NCBI GenBank assembly: GCA_963772915.1
Contig: CAVYZI010000006.1
Coordinates: 370,283-434,282, forward strand
Direction of reading: 5' to 3'
DNA from: an uncultured Verrucomicrobiae bacterium
GTDB lineage: Bacteria > Verrucomicrobiota > Verrucomicrobiia > Chthoniobacterales > UBA10450
DNA: 64,000 nucleotides
Shown piece after piece: positions 37,157 to 46,847 of the stretch. The notes beneath the pieces were generated by a model. That model did no database searches, was not told where the DNA came from, and saw only the letters and a program-made list of their open reading frames with translations. The position numbers and the translations under genes are program-made. The first letter of the stretch is position 1, and every line of letters starts with the position of its first letter.

Positions 37157-37551
37157 AAATTTTTGGTCAGCACCAATTCGGTTCCGCGGCTGCGCAGGAC
37201 GTAATCGACCTGATCGAAAGCGTTCCGGATGAGATGGAGACCGAGCCCGCCCGGCTTGATCAGGTCGGGCGGACGACTGTTCATCGCCGCCGCCTTTTTC
37301 CCGTAATCCCGCAGACGCAGGCAGACGCAGTCGCTTTTGCTCTCCAGCGAGAGCGAGATGAGCTGGTCGTCCCGCAAATGGTAGGCGTGCCGGATAATGT
37401 TGGTGCAGGCTTCGTCCACCCCCAGCACCATGAGGGTGCGCTGGCGTTCGGAGAAGGGGAAGGCTTCGAGGAAGCGGCGCACACAATTGCGCATCAGGGC
37501 GAGGTTGCCGGTATGACTGGAGAATTCGATTTTCTTCTTCGTCTTCTTCAT
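37150..37551 (-). CDS. Anti-sigma regulatory factor / HATPase_c_2 serine kinase, RsbW/SpoIIAB-like.
   Basis: The sequence reads VDEACTNIIRHAY...LRLRDYGKK...GGLGLHLIRNAFDQVDY. Confidence 0.7.
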   Translation of the reverse strand: MKKTKKKIEFSSHTGNLALMRNCVRRFLEAFPFSERQRTLMVLGVDEACTNIIRHAYHLRDDQLISLSLESKSDCVCLRLRDYGKKAAAMNSRPPDLIKPGGLGLHLIRNAFDQVDYVLRSRGTELVLTKNLE

Positions 37552-37686
37552 CACCGGGAGCGCGCCTAACAATCAGCCCGCTCTTTCCCTCTGTCATGCT
37601 GGCGAGTTTCGGCCCGGCTCGCAACGACTTTCTCGCGGAGAGAAAGGACTTTGCCTAACGACTGCCGTTTCTCGGCAGGCACTTTT

Positions 37687-37768
37687 GGTGGGGCGAGACT
37701 CTTCGAGCCGGGGCAGCCGGGCCGGCACGATTAACCCTCTCCCAGGCTCGACAGAGTCTCGCCCCACC
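37687..37768. repeat. Family B MITE-like element, copy B2.
   Basis: The sequence is GGTGGGGCGAGACTCTTCGAGCCGGGG...CAGGCTCGACAGAGTCTCGCCCCACC. Confidence 0.9.
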
Positions 37769-37807
37769 GACCTGGCGCATCATCGGGTTGGCAATCTGGG
37801 CCGAGCC

Positions 37808-38542
37808 ATGCACTGTTTTCGCATGTCCAAATGGCTTTTTGCTCTCCTCTTGTTTGCCGCCCCGGCCCTTGCCCAGGAACGGCCGACCGCTTACGAAGCG
37901 ATGCGGGTCGTCGGCACGCAGCTTAATCGCGATTTCGTCAACCACGTCATTTCGGTCAGCGGAACGAACGGCGATCCCCAGCCGGAGACGTGGAAGATTC
38001 TGCTCGATGATCCGCAGGCGCGGGGCGGGGTGCGCGAGGTCGAGGTCGGCAATGGTCGGATCATCTCGGAACGCACCCCTCTGCGCTCTTCCGTCGAAGG
38101 GTCGTTAGGCGCGGTCATCGACACCGAGCGGCTGAATCTCGATTCGAGCGGCGCCTTTGCTCTCGCCCAGCAGACGGCCGACAAATCGCACGTCCCGTTC
38201 GCGACCGCCGATTACACTCTGCGCGTCGACGATCGCGGCAACCCAATCTGGAGGGTCGCGTTGCAGCGGCAGGATGGCGAACCCGCCGGCACCATTTTCA
38301 TCGGGGCCAATCACGGCACGGTCACTCGGACCGAAGGACTTTTCGCGGGCGGCGACCGGGCCGCCATAGCCGAGCAAGGCGACGAGCCCGAGCGCGAGAA
38401 CGCGGATGAAGAGAATGACAATGAGGAGGGAAATATTGTCGAGCGGCGGATCAAACACACTTTTTACCAGGTCCGCGACGATGTGAAGCGCACCTTCTTC
38501 AAGGTGCGCCGCTCCTTCATCGACTTCTTCAAGGACAAATGA
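37808..38542 (+). CDS. Hypothetical secreted protein with an acidic C-terminal region.
   Basis: The signal peptide is MSKWLFALLLFAAPALAQE, and the ORF is intact. The ORF-track start at 37685 lies inside repeat B2 and is rejected. Confidence 0.55.
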   Translation: MHCFRMSKWLFALLLFAAPALAQERPTAYEAMRVVGTQLNRDFVNHVISVSGTNGDPQPETWKILLDDPQARGGVREVEVGNGRIISERTPLRSSVEGSLGAVIDTERLNLDSSGAFALAQQTADKSHVPFATADYTLRVDDRGNPIWRVALQRQDGEPAGTIFIGANHGTVTRTEGLFAGGDRAAIAEQGDEPERENADEENDNEEGNIVERRIKHTFYQVRDDVKRTFFKVRRSFIDFFKDK

Positions 38543-38645
38543 GCGTGCCCGTTTGTAGCGTCCGCTGTCTCAGCGGATCGGCCTCTTGGCGCGAGAGCGC
38601 ATCTCGCGTCAGACGAGCCTTGCAATCTCCGGCGTGCGCCCGAAA

Positions 38646-39587
38646 ATGAGCACGATGAAAGGACAACTCCCTGAGGCCGCGGCCTGGACGAATGTCAGCC
38701 ATGGCTGGCAACGGCTTTACGGCAGCTTCGAGGAAATGGGGATCAGCATCGAGTGGCACGATTTCCAGACCAGCCGGCCGCTTGATTGGGCGGAGAGTTT
38801 CCGTCCGCGCAGCATCGAGTTTTGTCTGAACCTCGACGGCCGCGGCGCGATCGGTCGCGGCAACGCGACCCACGATTACGGCCCGAGCAGCTCCGGTTAT
38901 TATGCGATCGGCGACGAGCCCCTGCGCGCGACGCGGCAGGCGAACGACCATCATCGCTTCGTCACCCTCGAGTATTCGCGCGAACATTTGCAAACGCAGG
39001 TGGCCCCGGCAGAGAGCGACCTCAATCCGGCGATGCGCGAATTGATTTTCCCGAAACGAGAACAAAGCGTCGTCTCGGCGCCACAACCGATGACGGCCGA
39101 GCAGCGCGCGATCGTCGCCAGCCTGGCCGAGCCGCCGGTGCCCAAAGCGGCGCGCATTCTCTGGTATCAGAGCAAGGCGCTCGAGCTGATGTCCCATTTC
39201 CTCTTCGAACCGAAAGATCCGGAGTTCTTCTGCATGCGGCAAAAACGCGTGGCCCGCGACCGGGTCATGCGGACGAAGGAGCTGCTCGTGCGCGATCTGG
39301 CGAATCCGCCCACGCTCGAAATGCTTGGGCAGGAAGTCGGTTGCAGCCCGTTTTACCTGAGCCGGATTTTCTCGAAGGAAGTTGGACTGACGATCCCGCA
39401 ATTCCTGCGCAACGCGCGGATGGAACGGGCCGCCGAGCTGCTCCGGAGCGGGCGCTATAACGTGACCGAAGCGGCGACCGAGGTCGGCTACTCGAGCCTG
39501 AGCCATTTCAGCAAAGCCTTCTGCGAGACGATCGGTTGTTGTCCGGTCCTTTATCCGGCCGCCAAGCACATCGTGCTCGATCGTTAG
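38646..39587 (+). CDS. AraC family transcriptional regulator.
   Basis: The C-terminal dual HTH reads LEMLGQEVGCSPFYLSRIFSKEVGLTIPQFLRNARMERAAELLRSGRYNVTEAATEVGYSSLSHFSKAF. Confidence 0.85.
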   Translation: MSTMKGQLPEAAAWTNVSHGWQRLYGSFEEMGISIEWHDFQTSRPLDWAESFRPRSIEFCLNLDGRGAIGRGNATHDYGPSSSGYYAIGDEPLRATRQANDHHRFVTLEYSREHLQTQVAPAESDLNPAMRELIFPKREQSVVSAPQPMTAEQRAIVASLAEPPVPKAARILWYQSKALELMSHFLFEPKDPEFFCMRQKRVARDRVMRTKELLVRDLANPPTLEMLGQEVGCSPFYLSRIFSKEVGLTIPQFLRNARMERAAELLRSGRYNVTEAATEVGYSSLSHFSKAFCETIGCCPVLYPAAKHIVLDR

Positions 39588-39593
39588 GCCGGG

Positions 39594-40409
39594 ATGAGCG
39601 CAGCGGCCGCCAGCGCCGGAGGCAAACGCTCCGGCTTTTTTCTTTTGCCCACCGCCACTCTCTGGCAGCGCGAGATCGTGCGCTTTTACCGCCAGCGTAA
39701 TCGGATCATCGGCGCGCTCCTTTCCCCGCTTGTTTTCTGGTTCGTTATCGGGTCGGGAATCGGGTCTTCCTTTCGCACCGGCTCCTCGCCTAACGGCGCC
39801 AGCTACCTCGAGTATTTCTATCCGGGCACGCTCATCCTCATCATGCTTTTCACCGCCATCTTCTCGACCATCTCGATCATTGAGGATCGGCGGGAAGGTT
39901 TCCTCCAATCCGTTCTCGTCGCGCCGATCTCGCCCGGGAGCATCGTTTGTGGAAAAATTCTCGGCGGAACGACCCTCGCGCTTTTGCAGGGGCTGATCTT
40001 TCTTTTGCTCGCGCCCTTCGTCGGGATCCACATCTCGCCCGAGCGGCTCCTGGTTTGTCTCGGGACGCTTTTCGTGGTCGGCTTTGGTCTCACGGGGCTC
40101 GGTTTTCTCGTTGCCTGGCCGATGGAATCGACCCAGGGCTTCCACGCCATCATGAACGTCTTTCTCATTCCGCTCTGGCTCATGTCGGGCGCGCTTTTTC
40201 CCGCCACCAACCCGCATTCCTGGATCTTCTGGGCGGTCCACCTCAACCCCGTCACTTACGGCGTCGCGGCCATCCGGCGCGCCCTTTACGCAGGCGATCC
40301 GGGCGTCCTCAATCTGCCGAGCTTCGCCCTCTCGATCGGCGTGTCGTTAGGCTTCGGGCTCGTCATGTACGTCGTCGCCTATCTGCTCGTGCAGCGAAAA
40401 TCTTCATGA
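39594..40409 (+). CDS. ABC-2 type transporter permease, NodJ/DrrB-like.
   Basis: The sequence reads [27 protein letters not shown] and the protein has 6 TM helices. There is no adjacent ATPase gene. Confidence 0.8.
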   Translation: MSAAAASAGGKRSGFFLLPTATLWQREIVRFYRQRNRIIGALLSPLVFWFVIGSGIGSSFRTGSSPNGASYLEYFYPGTLILIMLFTAIFSTISIIEDRREGFLQSVLVAPISPGSIVCGKILGGTTLALLQGLIFLLLAPFVGIHISPERLLVCLGTLFVVGFGLTGLGFLVAWPMESTQGFHAIMNVFLIPLWLMSGALFPATNPHSWIFWAVHLNPVTYGVAAIRRALYAGDPGVLNLPSFALSIGVSLGFGLVMYVVAYLLVQRKSS

Positions 40410-41938
40410 AAATCAAGCGCGCACTCATCTCCGTTTCCGACAAGACCGGCGTGGTCGATTTCGCGCGCGAGCTTGAGAAACAGGGCGTCGAGATCATCTC
40501 CACCGGCGGCACGGCGAGCCTCTTGCGCCAGGAGGGAATCAAGGCGATCGACGTTTCCACTTTCACCGGTTTCCCCGAAGTGCTCGATGGCCGGGTAAAA
40601 ACGCTCCACCCCAAAGTGCACGGCGCGCTCCTTTACCTGCGCGGCAACAAGGAGCACGAAGCCGCCGCCCGCGAGCACGGGATCGAGGCGATCGATCTCG
40701 TGGTCGTGAATCTTTATCCCTTCGAAGCCACGGTCGCGAAACCCGGAGTCAAACTGGCCGAAGCGATCGAGCAGATCGACATCGGCGGACCTTCGATGCT
40801 GCGCAGCGCCTCGAAGAATTACCAGTCGGTCACGGTGTTGGTCGACCCGGCCGATTACCAGGCGGTGCTCGACGAAATGCGCGACCGCGAGGGTGAAACG
40901 ACGCTCAAATTGCGCGAACGCCTCGCGATCAAAGCCTTCATCACGACTTCCGATTACGACCGCGCGATCGCCAGCTACCTGAACGAGAAGCAGAAAACCG
41001 AGACGTCATTTTCGCTTTCGCTGCCGCTCGTCAGCCGGCTGCGCTACGGCGAAAACCCGCACCAGAAAGCCTCGATCTACGGCAACTTCACCGAGCACTT
41101 CGAGAAGTTGCACGGCAAAGACCTTTCCTTTAACAACATCATCGACATCACGGCCGCGGCCGACCTGATCGAGGAATTCACCGAGCCCACAATCGCGATC
41201 CTGAAACACACCAATCCCTGCGGGGTGGGGAGCGATCCCGACCTGCGCGAAGCCTGGCTCAAAGCTTTCGCGACTGACAAGCAGGCGCCCTTTGGCGGGA
41301 TCATCATCTGCAATCGGGCCCTCGATCTGCCAGTCGCGAAGGCGATCAGCGAGATCTTCAGCGAAGTCATCATCGCGCCCGAATTCACGAGCGACGCCCG
41401 GGCACTGTTGCAGAAGAAAAAGAATCTCCGCCTCATGCGCGCCCTCGCCCCGGCTGTGCCTAACGACAAGCCGGAGCTCGACATTCGTTCCGTCCGGGGC
41501 GGCGTGCTCGTGCAGCAGAAAGACGCCGCCGAGCTGGAAGGTCTCGAGACCAAAGTGGTGAGCAAACGTCCGCCGACCAAACAGGAAATGGCCGCCATGC
41601 TTTTCGGCTGGCGGGTGGTGAAACACGTGAAATCGAACGCCATCGTCTACGCCGGCTCCGACCGAACGTTAGGCATTGGCGCCGGCCAGATGTCGCGCGT
41701 CGACGCCTCGCGCATCGCCGTCTGGAAAGCGCAGGAAGCGGGCCTCTCCCTTCAAGGCAGCGCGGTCGCGAGCGACGCCTTCTTTCCATTCCCCGACGGC
41801 CTCATCGCCGCCGCCGAAGCCGGCGCGACCGCCGCCATCCAACCGGGCGGTTCCGTCCGCGACGAAGAAGTGATCGCCGCCGCCGACGAGCGCAAGGTCG
41901 CGATGGTCTTCACCGGCGTGCGCCATTTCCGGCACTAA
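40406..41938 (+). CDS. purH: Bifunctional AICAR transformylase / IMP cyclohydrolase.
   Basis: The conserved segments are [38 protein letters not shown] and [11 protein letters not shown]. The start overlaps the permease stop (ATGA). Confidence 0.95.
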   Translation: MKIKRALISVSDKTGVVDFARELEKQGVEIISTGGTASLLRQEGIKAIDVSTFTGFPEVLDGRVKTLHPKVHGALLYLRGNKEHEAAAREHGIEAIDLVVVNLYPFEATVAKPGVKLAEAIEQIDIGGPSMLRSASKNYQSVTVLVDPADYQAVLDEMRDREGETTLKLRERLAIKAFITTSDYDRAIASYLNEKQKTETSFSLSLPLVSRLRYGENPHQKASIYGNFTEHFEKLHGKDLSFNNIIDITAAADLIEEFTEPTIAILKHTNPCGVGSDPDLREAWLKAFATDKQAPFGGIIICNRALDLPVAKAISEIFSEVIIAPEFTSDARALLQKKKNLRLMRALAPAVPNDKPELDIRSVRGGVLVQQKDAAELEGLETKVVSKRPPTKQEMAAMLFGWRVVKHVKSNAIVYAGSDRTLGIGAGQMSRVDASRIAVWKAQEAGLSLQGSAVASDAFFPFPDGLIAAAEAGATAAIQPGGSVRDEEVIAAADERKVAMVFTGVRHFRH

Positions 41939-41987
41939 TAACCAACCCCGATAACCAACAACCGCGGCCGGCATCGCGGCCACTCGG

Positions 41988-42518
41988 TTACAACGGGCGG
42001 CGCCGCTGGCGGCTGCGGAACATCATCGACTGCGCGAGGATGCCGAAGATTGCCAGGACCACGATGAGGACAGTCGTGCCCGCGCTCGGCAAGTGGACGG
42101 CGTCTGCGATCAACCGCGCACCTTCGATCGAAGAAAAGACAATCAACGCCCAATCGAAAAGGGCGAGGAGGAGAAGCGCGCCGAGGATTCCGCCGATCAC
42201 GAAGGTGATGGTGGAATAGTGCGCATGATTGGCGAGGAAGGCGGCAGCGAGGGCGAGCGCGATGCGGCCGCCGACGAGAAACCCGGCGATGCCGATGGCG
42301 AGCTTTTGCAGGAGGAGCGCGACCAGCGCGCCGAGGAGACCCAGGCCGAGGGAGAGAAGGAGGGAAAGCCAGAGGGGCGGGTTTTGGCTGAGGTGAGGGG
42401 CGAGCTGGAGGCCAATGGCGAAGCCGAGGGCGGCGACGAAAAGCCAGAAAAGGCGGCGGCCGAAGAAGAGGAGGGCGATTCCGATGAGGACGCTGATGAT
42501 CGGCAGCGAGAAATTCAT
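41988..42518 (-). CDS. Integral membrane protein, possibly DUF4203/TMEM198-like.
   Basis: The 176-aa ORF is almost entirely hydrophobic helices. Confidence 0.55.
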   Translation of the reverse strand: MNFSLPIISVLIGIALLFFGRRLFWLFVAALGFAIGLQLAPHLSQNPPLWLSLLLSLGLGLLGALVALLLQKLAIGIAGFLVGGRIALALAAAFLANHAHYSTITFVIGGILGALLLLALFDWALIVFSSIEGARLIADAVHLPSAGTTVLIVVLAIFGILAQSMMFRSRQRRRPL

Positions 42519-42567
42519 GCGGAGACTTTAGCCAACGCACGAGCGTTGTGAATCGCCGAGATTCGTT

Positions 42568-42656
42568 GGTGGGGCGAGACTCTGTCGAGCCTGAGAGAGA
42601 GGGCGGCTTGGAATAGATGGATGCGAAACCCCGGCTCGACGGAGTCTCGCCCCACC
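42568..42656. repeat. Family B MITE-like element, copy B3.
   Basis: The sequence is GGTGGGGCGAGACTCTGTCGAGCC...GGCTCGACGGAGTCTCGCCCCACC. Confidence 0.9.
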
Positions 42657-42681
42657 AGGTTGGAGCCTGCCTTCTCTGAGC

Positions 42682-44369
42682 CTACTTCTTCTGCGACATC
42701 ATCTGGTCGCGTTTCGCTTTGAACTCAGAATCGGGCAGCCACGTCGGATAACGATTGCCGTTCGCGACCTGGTAGCCGACGTCGAAGAGGAGCCGCATGT
42801 CTTGGACCGCACCGGATAAGTCCCACTTCGGGTTCACTTCGTCGGAGACCTGGTGGTAATGATGCAGGGTGTAGTCGTCGCTTTTCTTTCTGTCCGTAGT
42901 CAGCCGGCTGGCCAATGTAGTCCTTTGGTTTGCTCCCGATGTAGAGCGAGGGCACGCCGACTTTCGCGAACTCGAAATTGATCGGCCCGGAAGAAGGTGC
43001 CTTTCTCCGGTTCGCTGTTCGGCTTCGCCATCCGACCGGCCTCCTTCGCGTCTTCCGCGAGAAGATCGTCGAGGGTGGAATTGCCAGCCGCGATGTCTTC
43101 GATGTCGTGCGTTTTCCCCCAGGCGTTGACGCCATCGATGTTGATGTCGGCCAGGGTGTGATCGAGCGGGTAGAGCGGATGCTCGGCGTAATATTTCGCG
43201 CCTAACAATCCCGCTTCCTCCGCGGTCGTGGCCATGAAAAGGATGCTGCGCGGCGGCGGCTGCGGGAGTTTGGTAAAAGCCTGCGCGATCTCGAGGATGG
43301 AGGCGACGCCGGAGGCGTTGTCGAGAGCGCCGTTGTAGATCTGGTCGCCTTTCAGCCTGGTGTCGCGGCCGAGGTGATCCCAGTGCGCGCTGTAGATAAT
43401 GTATTCATCCTTCTTCTCCGGATCGCTTCCTTCGAGCTTCCCGACCACGTTATGCGATTTGAAATGCGTGATCTTGTTCTGGAGCGCAAAACTGGCTTTC
43501 GCGCCTAACGACACCGGCTTGAAGTCCTTGCTCAGGGCCGCCTTCTTCAACTCGTCGTAGTTTTTCCCGGCGGCCGCGAAAAGCTTGCGCGCCGTCTCGA
43601 GCGTGATCCAGGAGCGAACGCCGAGCGTGCTCATGTTTTTGTCCGGGGCGTCGATCACGAAATTGGTTTTCGCGTTGCTGTTCTCGACCACCGACCACGG
43701 ATAGGCAGCGGGGATCGTCTCGTGCACGATGACCGCGGCGGCGGCGCCTTTCTCGGCCGCGATCTCGTATTTGTAGCTCCAACGGCCGTAGTAGGTCATC
43801 GCTTTTCCTTTAAACATTTTGTCGTCGAGCTTCGACGGATCGTCGGGCGAGGGGATGGGCGGATCGTTGATGAGAAAGACGACCGTTTTGCCTTTTACGT
43901 CGACGCCTTTGAAATCGTCCCAGCCATATTCGGGCGCGACGACGCCGTAGCCGACGAAGACCATCTCGGAATCGTCGACCTTGATCTCAGGCGTGATCTG
44001 TTGGGTGAAAGCGACGAACTCGTTCGGCGAATGGAGTTCCATCTTCTGGTCGCCGATGGTAAAGGTCGCACTCGGGGTGGTGAGGATACCGGCAAGCGGG
44101 ACTTCCTGGGTGTAGGTGCCGTCTGGGTTGCCGGGTTTCAGTCCGAGCGCCTTGAACTGCGCCGTGATGTATTGGACCGATTCCTCTTCGCCCTTCGAGC
44201 CGGGGGCGCGGCCTTCAAACTTATCCGAGCCGAGGACTTTGATGTGCTGGAGGAGGCCGGCCGCGTCGATTGCGTTCTGGGCTTCCTTGGGGGGCTCGTT
44301 CGGGGTCGGTGGCAGCGCGAGAAGTGAAAGCGCGGAGAAGGCGAGCGAGAGGTGGACGAGTCGTTTCAT
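42682..44369 (-). pseudogene. M28 family aminopeptidase, with 2 frame breaks near the 3' end (about 42990 and 42905).
   Basis: The signal peptide is [20 protein letters not shown]. Conserved segments are YSAHWDHLG and [18 protein letters not shown]. The C-terminus HHYHQVSDEV...TWLPDSEFK is in ORF 42682..42915. Confidence 0.8.
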
Positions 44370-44414
44370 GAAGTCGACAGCATAACGCGAAAATGCGGTC
44401 GCTTCACGTGCGGC

Positions 44415-44513
44415 GCTGTAGACGCTTCGCTGGGCGAAGCGCGAGTGTGGCAGCGTTTGCGAGAGAACATGGCCCACGCAGACCCGCGCTTCGCACAGCG
44501 AAGCGTCTACAGC
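44415..44513. repeat. Inverted pair of GTAG-type REP units (BIME/REPIN-like), family C.
   Basis: GCTGTAGACGCTTCGCTGGGCGAAGCGCG is followed by about 40 nt and then CGCGCTTCGCACAGCGAAGCGTCTACAGC. Confidence 0.9.
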
Positions 44514-46679
44514 CTATGGTTTGGGCGGCTTTGGCGGGGCCGCACCCGGCTTGCTCTCGGCCGGCGGCTGGCTCTCCGCTTTCGCCGGGGCCTCGATGCC
44601 TAACGTTTTCAAGTAGGGCTGGATCGAACGGTCGCGGCCGAGGAAGTTGTGGATCGAGACATCGATGTCGCGCGAGCCGCCCGGTTCGTAAATCTCCTTG
44701 CGCAGCTTCATCCCGGCATTCTTGTCGAGGAATCCGTTAGGCGCTTTCTGGAAGACGGTCGCCATGTCGGCTGCGATCGCGTCCGCCCAGGCGTAGCCGT
44801 AGTAGCCGGCGTCGTAGCCGGCGAGATGTCCGAAGAAGGCGACGAAGGCGGTGTCGTTGTCGACCGGGAAAAAATCCTTTTTGAAGATCGGATTCGAGAT
44901 GGCGACGCAATCGTAGGGCTGACCCGCGGGATGGACATCGTGCAGGGTGAGATCGATGTCGGCAAAGGTGAACTGCCGCCGGTAAAAGACGCCGACGGTG
45001 GCGAGCTTCGCTTCCTTCATTTTCGCGATCAGCTCGGCCGGGATTTTCTTCGACGGATCGCGATAATCGGCCGCGAAAGTGTCGAGCACTTTCTTGTCCC
45101 AGACCCAGTTTTGCAGCATCTGCGAGGGCGCCTCGACGAAATCCGCCGGCACACTCGTGCCGGAGAACCGCACATATTTGGCCTTCGTGACGATGGCGTG
45201 GAGGGCGTGGCCGAATTCATGGAAGAGCGTCTCGACATCCTGATGGCTGAGGAGCGACGGCTTGTCCTTGGCCGGCGGCGGGAAGTTACAAATGAGGGCG
45301 ACGGTCGGGCGCTGGTAATTTCCGTCGGGCAACAATTTCCCCGGGATAATCGGGAACTCGGCGAAGTGATTGAACTTCCCGTCGCGCGGGAACATGTCGA
45401 GGTAGAACATGCCTAACGGCTGCCCGCTGGCCGCGTCCGTCACGATGTAGAGCTGGAGATCGTCGATCCATTTATAGGGCGCGATGATCTTGGTAAATTT
45501 CAGCCCGAAGATGCTCTGGTAGATGTCGAACATCCCGTCGAGCACGCGCTGGAAAGGGAAGTAAACCCGGAGCGCGTCGGTATCGACGGTGTACTTGTCC
45601 TTCTTGAATTCGTTCTGGAAATAGCGCCAGTCCCAGATGTTGATCTGGGCGTTGGAATCTTTCGTTTCCGCGACCTTCAGCTTGCGCAGCTCCGCGACCT
45701 CGGCGTCGAACTTCGGTTGAATCCCGGCGACGAGATCGTGGATGAAGGTCCTGGCCGCGGCCCCGCTCTTGGCCATTTTGATTTCGGTCTGGAAATCGTC
45801 CCACGATTTGTAGCCGAGCTTGAGCGCGATCTGGTTGCGATGGGCGAGGATGTCGTTCAGGACCGGGACGTTTTTGTCCCGCGCGAGACTGAAACGGACC
45901 TCGTAAAGATGTTTGCGGGTTTCCTCCTTCTTCGCCGTTTCCTCGACCGTGTTGTATTGGAAAGTCACGTTCCCGAGAATGGTGTAGGAATCGGCGCCGG
46001 TCTTAACCCCGGGCGAATCGAGAATCGTGTCCGGCACTCCTTCCAGCTCAGCCTTGGTGAAAACGATCGGCGCTTTCACGGCCACGATGTTGGCCTCGAA
46101 ATCGGTCTCGAGTTTGGCCAGTTCCTTGCGCAGCTTCTCGACCTCGGCCCGCTTTTCGGGCGGAAGAGCGAGCCCGGCCCGGCGATAATCCCGCAGGGTG
46201 TGTTCGAGCAGAAGCTTGTCCTCGCCCTTCAGCTCCGGCTTGGTGTCGGCGTAAGTCTTCACCGCCTTGTAAACGTCCTCGCGATAATCGATCCCGACCG
46301 CCCAATCCTGGAAGACCTTGATCGCTTTCTCGGCCGCATCGCGCATCGCGGCCTCCTGGTTGGTCTGTTGGATGACGGTTGTTTTTGAAAAGGCGATTTG
46401 AGCTTCGTTCTGGAGGTTGTCGAGCGCGCCGACCGTGCTCGCAAAGGTTACCTTGGCGAGGTCCTGTTTCCCGATCACGTCGAGGGCGGCGTTCGCCTTC
46501 GCGATCGCGGTATTGACGTTGTCCTGCACCGCGATCGGCGTCTTCGGCCAATCGGGAATGGTCAGGACCTCGTGCGCCTTCTTGGCCGCGGCCTGGAAAT
46601 CGGCCAGACTTTTGACAGCCTCGGCGTGGAGAGAAAGGGGGAGAGCGAGGCAGAGACTAACGAGCAGGAAGTTTTTCAT
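44514..46679 (-). CDS. M3 family metallopeptidase, Dcp/oligopeptidase A-like, secreted.
   Basis: The zinc motif is TLFHEFGHALH. A signal peptide, MKNFLLVSLCLALPLSLHA, is present. The 721-aa ORF is intact. Confidence 0.9.
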   Translation of the reverse strand: MKNFLLVSLCLALPLSLHAEAVKSLADFQAAAKKAHEVLTIPDWPKTPIAVQDNVNTAIAKANAALDVIGKQDLAKVTFASTVGALDNLQNEAQIAFSKTTVIQQTNQEAAMRDAAEKAIKVFQDWAVGIDYREDVYKAVKTYADTKPELKGEDKLLLEHTLRDYRRAGLALPPEKRAEVEKLRKELAKLETDFEANIVAVKAPIVFTKAELEGVPDTILDSPGVKTGADSYTILGNVTFQYNTVEETAKKEETRKHLYEVRFSLARDKNVPVLNDILAHRNQIALKLGYKSWDDFQTEIKMAKSGAAARTFIHDLVAGIQPKFDAEVAELRKLKVAETKDSNAQINIWDWRYFQNEFKKDKYTVDTDALRVYFPFQRVLDGMFDIYQSIFGLKFTKIIAPYKWIDDLQLYIVTDAASGQPLGMFYLDMFPRDGKFNHFAEFPIIPGKLLPDGNYQRPTVALICNFPPPAKDKPSLLSHQDVETLFHEFGHALHAIVTKAKYVRFSGTSVPADFVEAPSQMLQNWVWDKKVLDTFAADYRDPSKKIPAELIAKMKEAKLATVGVFYRRQFTFADIDLTLHDVHPAGQPYDCVAISNPIFKKDFFPVDNDTAFVAFFGHLAGYDAGYYGYAWADAIAADMATVFQKAPNGFLDKNAGMKLRKEIYEPGGSRDIDVSIHNFLGRDRSIQPYLKTLGIEAPAKAESQPPAESKPGAAPPKPPKP

Positions 46680-46847
46680 AGATTGCGAATTTCAAATTCC
46701 CAATTGCCAATTTGGTAGGGAGGATTGGCAATCGGTCGGGTGAACTCGACCCCGTTCTCGACAATTTGGCAACACCGAAATCCTTCTCGTGCTCGCGAGC
46801 TTCGATTCGGAGTTGGAAATTGGCACTCGGCAATCCACAATCCCGGC

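Noticed and set aside
37685-37807. The ORF-track start of the secreted protein at 37685.
   Set aside because: These codons translate repeat B2 (..GSTESRPT..). A signal peptide begins only at 37808/37823.
38529-40241. A 570-aa ORF on the minus strand.
   Set aside because: It lies antisense to the well-supported AraC and ABC-2 permease genes. Its Arg/Gly/Pro/Asp-rich composition is typical of shadow ORFs in GC-rich DNA.
46821-46840. TGGCAC, read as a sigma-54 -24 element.
   Set aside because: No TTGC -12 element follows at the required spacing.
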